DNA from: Atractiella rhizophila
Taxonomy: Eukaryota
Assembly (NCBI GenBank): GCA_021432655.1
Contig: MU271409.1
Span: 1 to 54,658 of the forward strand
DNA: 54,658 nucleotides
Direction: 5' to 3'
Position numbers and translations under genes: made by a program. Position 1 is the first letter of the stretch. Each line of letters begins with the position of its first letter. Positions 23,709-35,223 of this stretch are shown here, one piece after another. The notes beneath the pieces are model-generated. The model worked only from the letters and a program-made list of their open reading frames with translations. It did not search any database and was not told the DNA's origin.

Positions 23709-24848
23709 TCAGCTACCGAGTTTCTTTATATCTTTCCCAGCTTTACTCAGTTTTCCCTGCGTCCGATCGACGTCCTGGTTGATCTGATCCAATAACTCAT
23801 TGTGCCTCTCTAACTCCGCTGCAATCTCCTCTGCAATGCCCTTCTGCCTTCTCGCAACGCTCACAAGATCCTCTGCCATCACGTCTTGCTCGTCCATCGC
23901 CTGCACTTGCAGTTGAAGTAAACCAGCATTATCCAATGACCGCGTCTGTGCTGTTTCTTTCGGAGCAGCGCCCAACACGCGAGTAAATGGTGTACCGGTA
24001 CGTGAGGGAAGTGAGGAACCCGAGGCGTTAGAGGACGAGAACAACTCTTGACGAAGTTTAGGGTCTGCTTCGACAGTTTTACGAAGGGCAGATGAGTTGG
24101 CGTTCGAACGTGTGACCACCGCGAGCTTGCCCAAGACCTCAGCATCGTCCTGAAGGCGTGAAATCATGTCTCGCCTCCTCCGCAGTTCTCCATCGGGCAT
24201 CCCACCTCCTGCGAGAGCGTCCAGACCCTTCGTGAGGACAGTGAGGCGGGAAACGAGGATGGCAAGCTGCTTCTTTGCCTCAACACTCGTCGAGTGTGCG
24301 TCTGAGATTGTGGAGGTACTTCCTGCTGAAGCTGAGGCGAGAAGAGAATCCCTGCGCGAGAGGAGCGCGCGAGTCTGGCGAACGAGAGAGACGAGGGATT
24401 GCTGCTCATCCAACCAAGATTGGGAGGTAAATGCAACTTCCTCGTTGTGAGAGGTCAAAACCGGCGCTTTCCCCAGCGGAACATTCAAGAACTCTTTAAA
24501 AGCTGGCGTCTCCCTCCATTTCCCATCCTTACTCACCAAAAGATCCCTCAAAAACTTTTCCAAAGCAGCCTTGCGTTCTCTTATCAGATTCTCATCCTTC
24601 CAACCGTGCTTTCCCCAGGAAACGGGATTGAAGATACTGCTGTGCTTCGGAGGCAGTTCGGATGGTGGACGAGCGTGAAAGGCGCTCTGAAGGGAGGTGT
24701 ACAGGTCATCGAACTCGCTGTACCGCCGCCAGACTGTCCAGTTCCGCGTTGGAGTCGTCACTTGGATGGCGTAGGCTACATGCTCATCTGGGCTCGTCCG
24801 TATCGAGTGTGAAGGTATCGAAAGAGACTGGATAATGAGATCGGACAT
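23709..24848 (-). CDS. VAM7: Vacuolar SNARE Vam7 (PX plus Qc-SNARE, no TM)
   Basis: PX domain (WTVWRRYSEFDDL...PSELPPK...ERKAALEKFL) and C-terminal SNARE motif (EQD...RQKGIAEEIAAELERHNELLD). Single exon. Confidence 0.92.
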   Translation of the reverse strand: MSDLIIQSLSIPSHSIRTSPDEHVAYAIQVTTPTRNWTVWRRYSEFDDLYTSLQSAFHARPPSELPPKHSSIFNPVSWGKHGWKDENLIRERKAALEKFLRDLLVSKDGKWRETPAFKEFLNVPLGKAPVLTSHNEEVAFTSQSWLDEQQSLVSLVRQTRALLSRRDSLLASASAGSTSTISDAHSTSVEAKKQLAILVSRLTVLTKGLDALAGGGMPDGELRRRRDMISRLQDDAEVLGKLAVVTRSNANSSALRKTVEADPKLRQELFSSSNASGSSLPSRTGTPFTRVLGAAPKETAQTRSLDNAGLLQLQVQAMDEQDVMAEDLVSVARRQKGIAEEIAAELERHNELLDQINQDVDRTQGKLSKAGKDIKKLGS

Positions 24849-25303
24849 GGGAAGTGGGAGGGAAGCAGGTGGGCAGTAACAGTGGTCGAAATTGTGACTT
24901 CATATGTTGTGCTTAATTGGATTGAGACACGTGATGCACCCAACGCTTCAATATCACGGATCACTAAATGTCCAGCCATCTACGAAGTAGAGCTTGTTGT
25001 GACAGAGCAGACTAGCTACAGATCAGAAATTGACGGGGATGGGGTAAACTGCAAGGATGGTACTGCCTTTGCAAAGTGACAGAAAATTAATGATAGACAT
25101 AAACCCAGATGGAAATCGAAAGTATGGATAAAGGTCAAAGGACAACCAAGAGACTGACCGGATCAATGCGTGTTCTAACACAGAATGCTGCCGAAAGTAG
25201 TTAAACCAAATAAAAACCTGAAATGAAAGAGTGTGGGTTTTGTCGGAATAGATTTCTCGCCTCGGCCATCGAATGAACCAAGACGAAACAGAGAAGGCAA
25301 GTG

Positions 25304-28300
25304 TCACGAAGTAGGCTCGTTTTGCTCGAAATGGCTCGGTAGTGCACTTGGTAAGGAATGGAATGAATGAGCGCCTGAAGAAGCTTGAGAGAGATGTCGA
25401 TTGTGATTTGGAGGATGATGGTAGTGCGTGTTGATGGGAGGAAGAGGATGATGGTTGTGCTGTTGACTGGGGCGAGAAGAAGGATGCGGATAAGGACTGT
25501 AACGAGAATTCGAATCGATGCTCGTCGCTGGACTCGGCGACCGTTGACTTTTGCGACCGTGCGCTGGCTGGCTCCACTCTGAAGTAGAGCTGTCGGTTGC
25601 GAGACTCTGCATGTTCGAAATAAGCTGGTGGTCCAAAGATGAGCTCGAACGCTGCGGCGAGAGTTCGTGGTTGGAGTAATAAGGAGTTCCAGCTGAAAGA
25701 CGAGAGGCAGCTGAGAGAGACTGGACCGAAACGGCACGGTGTATAGGTAACCGGTGAGGAGAACGCTGAGGTCCAGGATCGCTGTCCAACGTGTTCCCGG
25801 AAGACATCGAGAACCGATTGTCATTTCCTGAAGCTCCTGTTTCATTACTAGAAACAGAATGAACATCATCTTCAGTGTCGCGACGACGTCGGTTCGAATA
25901 ACGGTTATCCACGACGTGAAGCTGACTAACGTCCTCGATGATCTGAGGCAACTTCGAGCTGACCGTAGTTTGCGAGATAGCTGGACCTTTGCCCTTATCG
26001 AGGGTATCTGCAACTTTGGGAACGGGCGCAAGATTGAACACATCCACGTGGTTGCTCTGGATCGCTGCTCGTTTCTGCATGACAGCTCTCGCCCTCTCCC
26101 TTTGAGCCCTTAGAGCAGCTTCTCTCTTCGCCTTCTCTTCCGCCTTCGCCGCCTTCTCAGCTTCCTTCTTGGCCTTCTTCGCATCCATTGTCGAGACCGC
26201 TCCATCCACGTTATGCGTCGAACTATTAGAAGGACTCCTCTTCAGTCCCATCATCGTACTTGTTGACGCATTCTTGCTATCGCTATTGAAAACAGATACG
26301 AAACCCCAACCACGAGATTTTGAGCTTGATTGGTTCTGACCGGAAGTCGGAGCGAGTGTACTGGACTGAGAGGCGGATGGGGAGAGATGCGAAGGACCAG
26401 CGATCGGTTGTCGTTCGTAGTGTTGAGGATGGCGGTTGGGAAGCTGAGCGTGCCGAGGTTCGGGAGAGGCGAAATTGGGAGGGGGAGCTTCTTCTTCGCT
26501 TCCATAACCGACGGGGAAAGACATGATCGACGCTTGTCTCGTCGGTGCAATTCCTTCAAAGATAGATCCATCGTAGAAGGTCGAAGCAGCAACAGCGACC
26601 CGCCGTTCATGAGCGCGAAGATAAGCTTGATAATCTTGTCCAGACATTTCATGGCTCGGCTGCCCATAATCGTTATAGACGATCGGCACGGAAACCATTG
26701 AGCTATCCACCGTCCGATCTGACATGACTGAATCGGCGGCGGAGACGTTTCGAGAGTGAGACTGATAGCCGCTTCGATTGTAGCTCGATCCCCCGAACTC
26801 AGGCATAGTCTGGGAATGAGGCATGGGAGGTGGTCGATCGTCGGCCCCAAACGGCGGCTTGAAGTACGAAGGAGTGCCATGTGAATGAGAAGGCGGTAGA
26901 ACGCGGGGAGATGGAAGGCCGTAAGAATCGACTTGCATGCTGTCTCCTTGAGGCATGGGAATGGAAAGCTCTTGAGCTTGCTGTTGCTGTTGAGCCAACG
27001 TCTGGCCATGCTGCGCTGATGTTGGCGTCGGAGGATAGCCTTGAGGAGTGGTATGTTGGGTGGGTTGAGGGCTTCGTGATTGAGCTGCGGGTTGCTGAGA
27101 TGTCGGGCGGAGGCGAGGAGCGACTTCTGAGAAATAAGGATGGGACAGACAATCCGTCGTCGTTAATCGAAGCTTTGGATCGTATCGAAGGAGATCGGCC
27201 ATGCAGTCGACGAGTTGATAAGGTACTGTGAACGGATCGAAAAGGGACGAAAACTGGACAGGTCGCATCTAAAATCATACTCCATCAGTGGAAACTTAGG
27301 AAACTGAGGCAACGCCTACCTTTTGGAATGAATACCCCACCGCTCGTGCCAACTTCAGTCCCTTATCCCAGCCTCCGCCCCCTTTTGTCCTCCCCCGTTC
27401 ATCGACTCCATACTCATTCGATGGGTCACCCAAGCACTCGCAAATTTTGAATACCTGATCCATTTCGCTTTGACCCGGAAAGAGGGGGCGAAGTGTGACG
27501 ACCTCCGCCAGAATGGTACCCAACGCCCACATGTCCACCGGATTGGAGTAATCTCGAGACCGTAATAAGACCTCCGGAGCTCGATACCACCGTGTTGAGA
27601 CGTATTCGGTATACGGAGGTCGAGACTTTGATTCCCTCGCCAGACCAAAATCCGCCAGCTTGACGATGACGGTCACGTCCGTCTCCGGGGCGGCGTCTTG
27701 GCCATAAAGAGTGTAGGGAGGATAGTCCGTCAGACCTGTCGTGGTGATGAGGAGATTTTCGGGTTTCATGTCGCGATGGAAGAAGCCGGAGACATGGATG
27801 TGGTGTAATCCGACGAGGATTTGTTGGAAAAGGGAGGCTACCAGTCCTGCCGCCAATGATCTCCCTTTCCGGGTTTTGGTGAGCTGGTACAGATTCCCTT
27901 CCATGCATTCGAAAACAAAATAGAGCTCCTTCGTGCTCGGTAGGAGGAAAGCATCGTAGAGAGGGATGATGTTAGGGTGGAGAGGTATTGTCCGCAAAGA
28001 CTAAAACAGAGCGAGGCCATTAGCGCTCATTTGGGAACTCGGACCGCTAGCGTACCTTTAGCTCTTTCAACTTCAAACATTCGTCCCATCCTCCCTCGAA
28101 CGCCTTCTTCATCCTCTTTACAGCTACTAATCTCTTCCCACGATACTCGGGTCGCGAAGCAGGTCCCGGCGGCCGTGTATCTATCACGCAAGAAGCGCCG
28201 TTCAGCGCACCGTTCGCCCACTAACCACAGCCACTCCCGACACATAAAAGCGGTGACGTACCTGGAGGAAGATTAAGAGGACTATGCCAATCCGCCAACC

Positions 28301-28688
28301 AGACTGTCCCAAAACTCCCATCCCCCACCTCCTTCAGAATAGTGTAATGTCTAGTTTCCATCGGTCCAAGCGGTAGCGGTGGAGGGAGGGTGGCGTTTGA
28401 GTGGAGGTCCAAGAATCCATTGTTCGCTCCGTGACTTGCAGGGTTGGAATCGGCGGACGTACCGTTCGGGTAGCGAGAGTGATGGGATGAGGATGAAGGG
28501 TAAGAGTAGCCGTTCGTCTGCTTGGACGACGATGTCGAGTAGGAATTGGACTGGGAGGCAGGATAGGAGGCGTGGATGGGGGCGAAGAATCCGTTGTGAT
28601 TGTGGGAGACGGAGGGATGCATTGTGATGACTGGTTGCATGAGATGTGGGTGCTGGTAGGATGTTTCTGTTGTCAAAGTCGCCATCAT
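25304..28688 (-). CDS. IME2: Ime2/Crk1 (MAK/RCK family) protein kinase, multi-exon
   Basis: [43 protein letters not shown] and activation loop [14 protein letters not shown] (TxY), followed by a long disordered C-terminus. Confidence 0.93.
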
Positions 28689-29132
28689 GGTAAGCGAGAG
28701 ATATCTCGAAAGAAAGGGACGTACAAAGGGAAGGAGCGCTCGACTAGTTATAATAAGGAGTAATAGGGAAGGTCGTCCGTGACCATTGGTTTCTGGCTTG
28801 GAAAAACTGCAAAGTGGCCAGTGGATCCTGTAGTCGATCAAGCTAAATTAGTGCCCCTCGACTCGGCTCAAACATAAAACTGGCCCAGTTTGGTCTGGTC
28901 GCTTTGCCAATCGCACTTCTTCCTAGCCGGATTCCCAGCGATATCGTATTAGATAGATGATCCGCCAATCTGCGGTCCCTAGCGAACCCTCTTCACGAAA
29001 CTCCCACCCAATAAAACCGCCAATAAAACCCGACAGCTCACGGGAAGCCTCGAGAGTTGCCACTGAAGGCAGATATGGACCTACCACGTCGTACGAGGCG
29101 CCGTCTTTGGCACCGCGGCGTTGGTGGTGCTT

Positions 29133-30707
29133 AGGAGAAAGGCTAATGGTCGTGGCTTCCCTTCTCTTAGCGCGAGTGGTGCGAAGGTTTCGGGTGAGCG
29201 GAATTATGCGGGCGAGTAGACGACGACACAAGGCAGCTAAGGGACTACAAGGGTTATAAGGGCAGTCTTAGGTCGTCGAGGAAGTCTTTGGCCCAGAGCG
29301 TGCTCAGAGGGCCTGGATTCAGGCTTCGGAAGGCTTTCGTCGCTTTGCAAATTCGAATGGCAACATGCGCACGTCTTCTGGCTCTGAACTAAAGCGCAGT
29401 TCTTGTGGAACTCCTTTCACTTGTCGGCCATTGGCTTCACGGCCTCTTACGCGTGTGACATGGTGACATTTGAACGCGTTTGACACGCTCTTCCTGAATT
29501 CGAGGAGTGCGTGATAAGTGGGTGCAAGTGGGAAAAGATCGGCGCGGGTGGCAGCACTGGCAATGAAATGTCTGGCCGGCGATGATTTGCATTTATCCAG
29601 ATTTATCACTTTTAACAGGATTTCCTTTGAGCTGTGCATCCAATAGTGCCTCGTTCTTTCAACGCGTTCGACCAAATTCAGATTCAACCAAGCAGACACC
29701 ATGAAGGACATGACGCGTTTGGAAGCCTTGAGACCAATTGTGCAATTGTCCACTTCTCTCCAAGATTTGTGGAAAGAGATAACGTTCGAGGCTAGGGGAA
29801 GGCCACGGAGCTCTGATGATAGAATTCGTCGGCGCGAAAACTCTGATGTAAGTGTCTTCACTAACTATGTATAGCTTTTCGGAACAACGAACAACTTCAG
29901 GAAGGAAACGGAGTATCTGATAATTACAACAAAACATAGAACGCCGCACAATCAAAGCTTTTGAGCTCTCGCGTCTGAAGCCTTCGGAGTGATATCTCCC
30001 ATCGATCTTACCAATGCCGCTGCTTTCGCCTCAATGTCCTCCGGGAGTGTTCCTTGTCCATTCAGCATCCATTGGCGCGATTGAGCCAATGCCTGGTGAA
30101 TCATGGCCTCCATCCCTTCCACAATCTTCCATCCGGCTTTATCTGCAATTGAGAGAAGGATGGTGTATCGAGGCTGCCATATCGTCATCATACCATGTCA
30201 CTGTGAGGGAGAAGCTAACATACCTTGTAACACATATCGAGGAAAACGCCAGTCTTCTGCCTCGCAAATATTCGCTCTGCAACAGCATACACTTGTTTCT
30301 CCTCTCTCGTCACTGGCTCCATGGAAGGAATTGATCCGACACCGCAAGGAAAGTCGTCCCTGACGTTGTCCAACTCTTCCACAGTCTTCAACGACCGCAA
30401 ATCAAATTGGGGAAACTGTTTAATGAGCGCTTCGATCTCACTGTCGTCGCGATTGATGAGGTAGATGGGCGAGAGGTTAAGTTGGGAGAGCGCATAGACA
30501 GCTGCTCGTGCCGTCCCGCCACCGCCGACGATGAACGTTGGACGTGGAGAAGAAGAGTTGAGGGGAGTTGAAGGGCTTTCTGCGCTCTGAAGAGCGTTTC
30601 GGATCCCGATCCAGTCGAAATTGGTCCCAACGAGCTCCGTTCGCCCTGAAGAGGTGTCGAGGAAGATTGTGTTGCAGGAACCGATTGCTCTTCCTTCCGG
30701 AGTAACG
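29133..30707. repeat. Copy A of the second tandem near-identical segment (partner 30709-32286)
   Basis: aggagaaaggctaatggtc at 29133 recurs at 30709. Copy A ends ...ccggagtaacg at 30707, equivalent to 32286, and a single extra A (30708) separates the copies. Confidence 0.95.
29952..30707 (-). pseudogene. 5'-truncated copy (or allelic fragment) of the shikimate/quinate dehydrogenase
   Basis: Covers TPEGRAIGSCNT to RAQKL* and lacks the N-terminal exon. Most differences from the full copy that I checked are synonymous. Confidence 0.8.
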
Positions 30708-30708
30708 A

Positions 30709-32286
30709 AGGAGAAAGGCTAATGGTCGTGGCTTCCCTTCTCTTAGCGCGAGTGGTGCGAAGGTTTCGGGTGAGCGGAATTATGCGGGCGAGTAGACGAC
30801 GACACAAGGCAGCTAAGGGACTACAAGGGTTATAAGGGCAGTCTTAGGTCGTCGAGGAAGTCTTTGGCCCAGAGCGTGCTCAGAGGGCCTGGATTCAGGC
30901 TTCGGAAGGCTTTCGTCGCTTTGCAAATTCGAATGGCAACATGCGCACGTCTTCTGGCTCTGAACTAAAGCGCAGTTCTTGTGGAACTCCTTTCACTTGT
31001 CGGCCTTTGGCTTCACGGCCTCTTACGCGCGTGACATGGTGACATTTGAACGCATTTGACACGCTCTTCCTGAATTCGAGGAGTGCGTGATAAGTGGGTG
31101 CAAGTGGGAAAAGATCGGCGCGGTGGCAGCAATGGCAATGAAATGTCTGGCCGGCGATGATTTGCATTTATCCAGATTTATCACTTTTAACAGGATGTCC
31201 TTTGAGCTGTGCATCCAATAGTGCCTCGTTCTTTCAACGCGTTCGACCAAATTCAGATTCAACCAAGCAGACACCATGAAGGACATGACGCGTTTGGAAG
31301 CCTTGAGACCAATTGTGCAATTGTCCACTTCTCTGCAAGATTTGTGGAAAGAGATAACGTTCGAGGCTAGGGGAAGGCCACGGAGCTCTGATGATAGAAT
31401 TCGTCGGCGCGAAAACTCTGATGTTAAGTGTCTTCACTAACTATGTATAGCTTCTCGGAACAACGAACAACTTCAGGAAGGAAACGGAGTATCTGATAAT
31501 TACAACAAAACATAGAACGCCGCACAATCAAAGCTTTTGAGCTCTCGCATCTGAAGCCTTCGGAGTGATATCTCCCATCGATCTTACCAATGCCGCCGCT
31601 TTCGCCTCAATGTCCTCCGGGAGTGTTCCTTTTCCATTCAGCATCCATTGGCGCGACTGAGCCAGTGCCTGATGAATCATGGCTTCCATCCCTTCCACAA
31701 TCTTCCATCCGGCTTTATCTGCAATTGAGAGAAGGATGGTGTATCGAGGCTGCACCATATCGTCAGCAAACCATGTCACTGTGAGCGAAGGAGCTAACAC
31801 ACCTTGTAACACATGTCGAGGAAAACCCCAGTCTTCTGCCTGGCGAATATCCGCTCTGCAACAGCGTACACTTGTTTCTCCTCTCTCGTCACTGGCTCCA
31901 TGGACGGAATTGATCCAACACCGCAAGGAAAGTCGTCCCTGATATTGTCCAACTCTTCCACAGTCTTCAAGGGCCGCAAATCAAATTGGGGAAACTGTTT
32001 AATGAGCGCTTCGATCTCACTGTCGTCGCGATTGATGAGGTAGATGGGCGAGAGGTTAAGTTGGGAGAGCGCATAGACAGCTGCTCGTGCCGTCCCGCCA
32101 CCGCCGACGATGAACGTTGGACGTGGAGAAGAAGAGTTGAGGGGAGTTGAAGGGCTTTCTGCGCTCTGAAGAGCGTTTCGGATCCCGATCCAGTCGAAAT
32201 TGGTCCCAACGAGCTCCGTTCGCCCTGAAGAAGTGTCGAGGAAGATTGTGTTGCAGGAACCGATTGCTCTTCCTTCCGGAGTAACG
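30709..32286. repeat. Copy B of the second tandem near-identical segment
   Basis: Aligns to 29133-30707. Confidence 0.95.
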
Positions 32287-32653
32287 CGATCGAGATGATT
32301 CATCACTGTGACCTGAAGATATCCCATCAATTAGTCCCCAATCCACCTCTCTAGCTTTGCTCAAGCCTTGAAGACAGACGTACCTTGATAGGCATTGTGA
32401 CGCTGGAACCACCAAAAGTCTCGCTCCGAATTACATCCAACATTCCACTTTTCCCAATATCCTCTACATCGTAAAGTTCATAGGTGAAATCCGTTCCAAG
32501 TTCGTTGAAGATGAGGTTATGAAAAGCGGGGGAGGCGGAATGAGAGATCGGGAAACCAAAGAGGTAGAATCGCTTGCGGACTGGATCAGCAGTCAAATTG
32601 CTCGATGTACCCGTTTTCGAAGGCATTTCCAGAGTGCGAGATGTGACTTCCAT
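31528..32653 (-). CDS. Stand-alone shikimate/quinate 5-dehydrogenase (QutB/Qa-3-like), 3 exons
   Basis: LFGFPISHSASP..HN, SVTMPIK (catalytic Lys), IGSCNT, GTNFDWIG, Rossmann motif VGGGGTARA, INR, DMCYKPR.T and GMEAMIHQALAQ. Confidence 0.9.
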
Positions 32654-32966
32654 GAAGCTGAAGAATTGGAGAGAGGAGTTGCCAGTAATTCTGTACTGGA
32701 GGTTGAGATGCTGTTATAACCTCCCCGTCGGAAGATCGTTTAGAGCATGCATTCAGCCACGCCTTCGCGGCAAAGTCAAAGACAGAGGCGGCAAGCCTTG
32801 CCATCAAACGCTTGATCTATCACTCGTTGCAGTTGCAGACTCAAGGACATCACCGTCTTGATCATTTCTGCTGTTCAGGACGCTTTCCTGCCCAGTCCTG
32901 CATCACGTCCCAGTTCGCTCTGAGTCAATTGACCAAATCTACCAAACTTGGAGTGCTCTCGCTCTC

Positions 32967-34503
32967 ATGGATCTAGACCTCTCGAAAATCCACCTTTTCG
33001 CATGCAACCTTGCATGTGAAGTTGGAATGTACCTGCGCACTCAGGCGCTGGCACGTACGACACTCGGAGACGGAAGTGGAGGGACGGACCTTTCTGTGGA
33101 AGTGAAGGAGAACTCGGCAGATTTGGTGACCAGAGTTGATAAGGCTGCTGAAGCTATGATCTTTGAACGGATCAAGAAGGCATTCCCTGATCATAAGTAC
33201 ACATGTCGCTCTCATATCTTAGAAGACTTTAGCTCATTTTCTCTGACAGGCTGATCGGCGAGGAGACGTACTCAACGCTAGATCATAAGCGCTTTTTGCT
33301 TGATGACAGTCCAACATGGGTGATAGATCCCCTTGATGGTACCGTGGTCAGAAGATTGACATTATTCTATTCTTGATCCTATGCTCAATGGATTTTATAT
33401 AGAACTACCTCCATCTCTTCCCAACATGGGCAGTTTCAATAGGCTTCTGCGTCAAGTGAGTAGGCTTGTCTCTCTCAGGTGCACACACCTTACTGAAGAA
33501 CCATCAGCTCAAAGCCGGTGGCAGGAGCGATCATAGCACCTGCGCTCGGTGGCTACTCCTCCTCTCCCTCAAATTCGTATGGCACACTCTACCACGCTGC
33601 GAAAGGGCTGGGAGCCTGGCAAACACCCGTCTGTTTCGATCCATCCAAGCCTCACCTCACACCTATCACCTCTGAAAATCGACTACATCCTTTTGAAGGC
33701 TCTGTAAAACTGCCGTACCTGTCGCCGATCCCTGCCATGCCTAAGGATGCACCAAAGGGTTGTATCTTCGTCTCAGAATGGGGTAAAGCGAGGACGGACA
33801 GTCCAGAGAGTAATTTGACGAGAAAGGTCAACTCATTTTGGGTCATGGCCGCTGAGGTTACGTGAGTGGACATCCATGCTTTTACGGATCGTGGCCCTGA
33901 TTGAAGGGAAGAGGGAAAGGAGGGAGGGGAGGAATGGTCCATGGGATCCGCTCGCTTGGTAACCTACTTCCATCACCGTTCTGAATATTGTTTGACCTTG
34001 CTATCTCCAGGGTCGGCGACGATGGATATGGTCTACGTTGCAACAGGAGCGGCTGATATATTCTGGGAGGTACGCGATTTCCAAAAAAAAATATACACCT
34101 TCACTGAGTTAACCATGTTTCCCCAGGGAGGTTGTTGGGAATGGGACGTCTGTGGTCCGTCTTCCTGAACACCAAAACCCAAAGCCTCTAGCTGACCCTT
34201 GCTCAGCCGGATGGATCCTGATTCAAGAAGCGGGCGGTCTGATCGCTCGAGCAAACCCTCCAGAAGGAGCTGAAGTGACGGAATCCACTCCTGTTCAAGA
34301 AGGAGGATTGGGTGATCGGCTGTACATGGCTATCGTCAGTTGTCCATATTTCCTTCTAGTCGCATATGCCTGACACTTCTCCATGCGACTCTCAGAGACC
34401 GTGCTCGGCTACTGAACATGAGACAGCACGTCAGAGTCAGGAGAGGGTCGTAAGGGAGGTTTGGCGTCGCGTCCAGAAGCTGGATTACAAGCGGCCAAAA
34501 TGA
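32967..34503 (+). CDS. Inositol monophosphatase family protein (QutG/Qa-x-like), multi-exon
   Basis: KENSADLVTRVD, IGEE, TWVIDPLDGTVNY, GSA and WEGGCWEWDVCAG, ending KRPK* at 34501-34503. Confidence 0.9.
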
Positions 34504-35223
34504 AAGAGTTCGTCATTCCCAATCAAGATCTTCCCCCATCCCCCACCTCATGAATACGAAGCTGTAGAATGACACAATGTAAATCAAATCATGCTCGCTC
34601 CAAGCTCTGCTCCAATGTTCGGGCAGGCGACAGTGCACCAGTGACGAGCGCTCGACGAGCACAGAATGACGTGGAATCGAACTTCTCTGTCGTTGCATTA
34701 GACACTGTCTTGGAGTTTTCCCTTTGAGCTTCATCCTTTCAACTCCATGTCTTGTGTTATGCTCCCATCAGGCTCCCTTAGGATTGTTCCAAAGTTGCGG
34801 ATACGGTCCGCGGGACCTGTCGAACGATTCAACCAAGGTTAATTGGGTTAAGGTTCTCGGCTTGGATGAATGATTCGCGGGGTATTGAATTCACATGTCC
34901 ACACCTAATCTCGTCATCAGATCAAAGCACCAGCCACGACGACTCAAGAGCGTGAAAAGGTCGTCGTCGTTCCTCCAAGAGCTAGTTTGCTGATATTTCC
35001 CTGTTACCTCCCCCTTGCACCTTCTACGACGCCCTCCAGCTCGAAAATCGCCCTACCGAAACTCCATTTCAGTAGCCTAGAACGTCCTACGCCAGCAGCT
35101 CCCCTTGCCGATCCATCGACGTCGAAATCGCCAATAATACAGCTCGCCGTTATATAAACTCTCCAGACATAATCCCTTTACATACCTCTGTGTCAAATTT
35201 CTGATTCAGAAGCCAATCTCAAT

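Noticed and set aside
29319..29955. 180-aa and 98-aa ORFs between IME2 and the dehydrogenase
   Set aside because: They are broken by frameshifting indels in the duplicate copy and have no recognisable domain.
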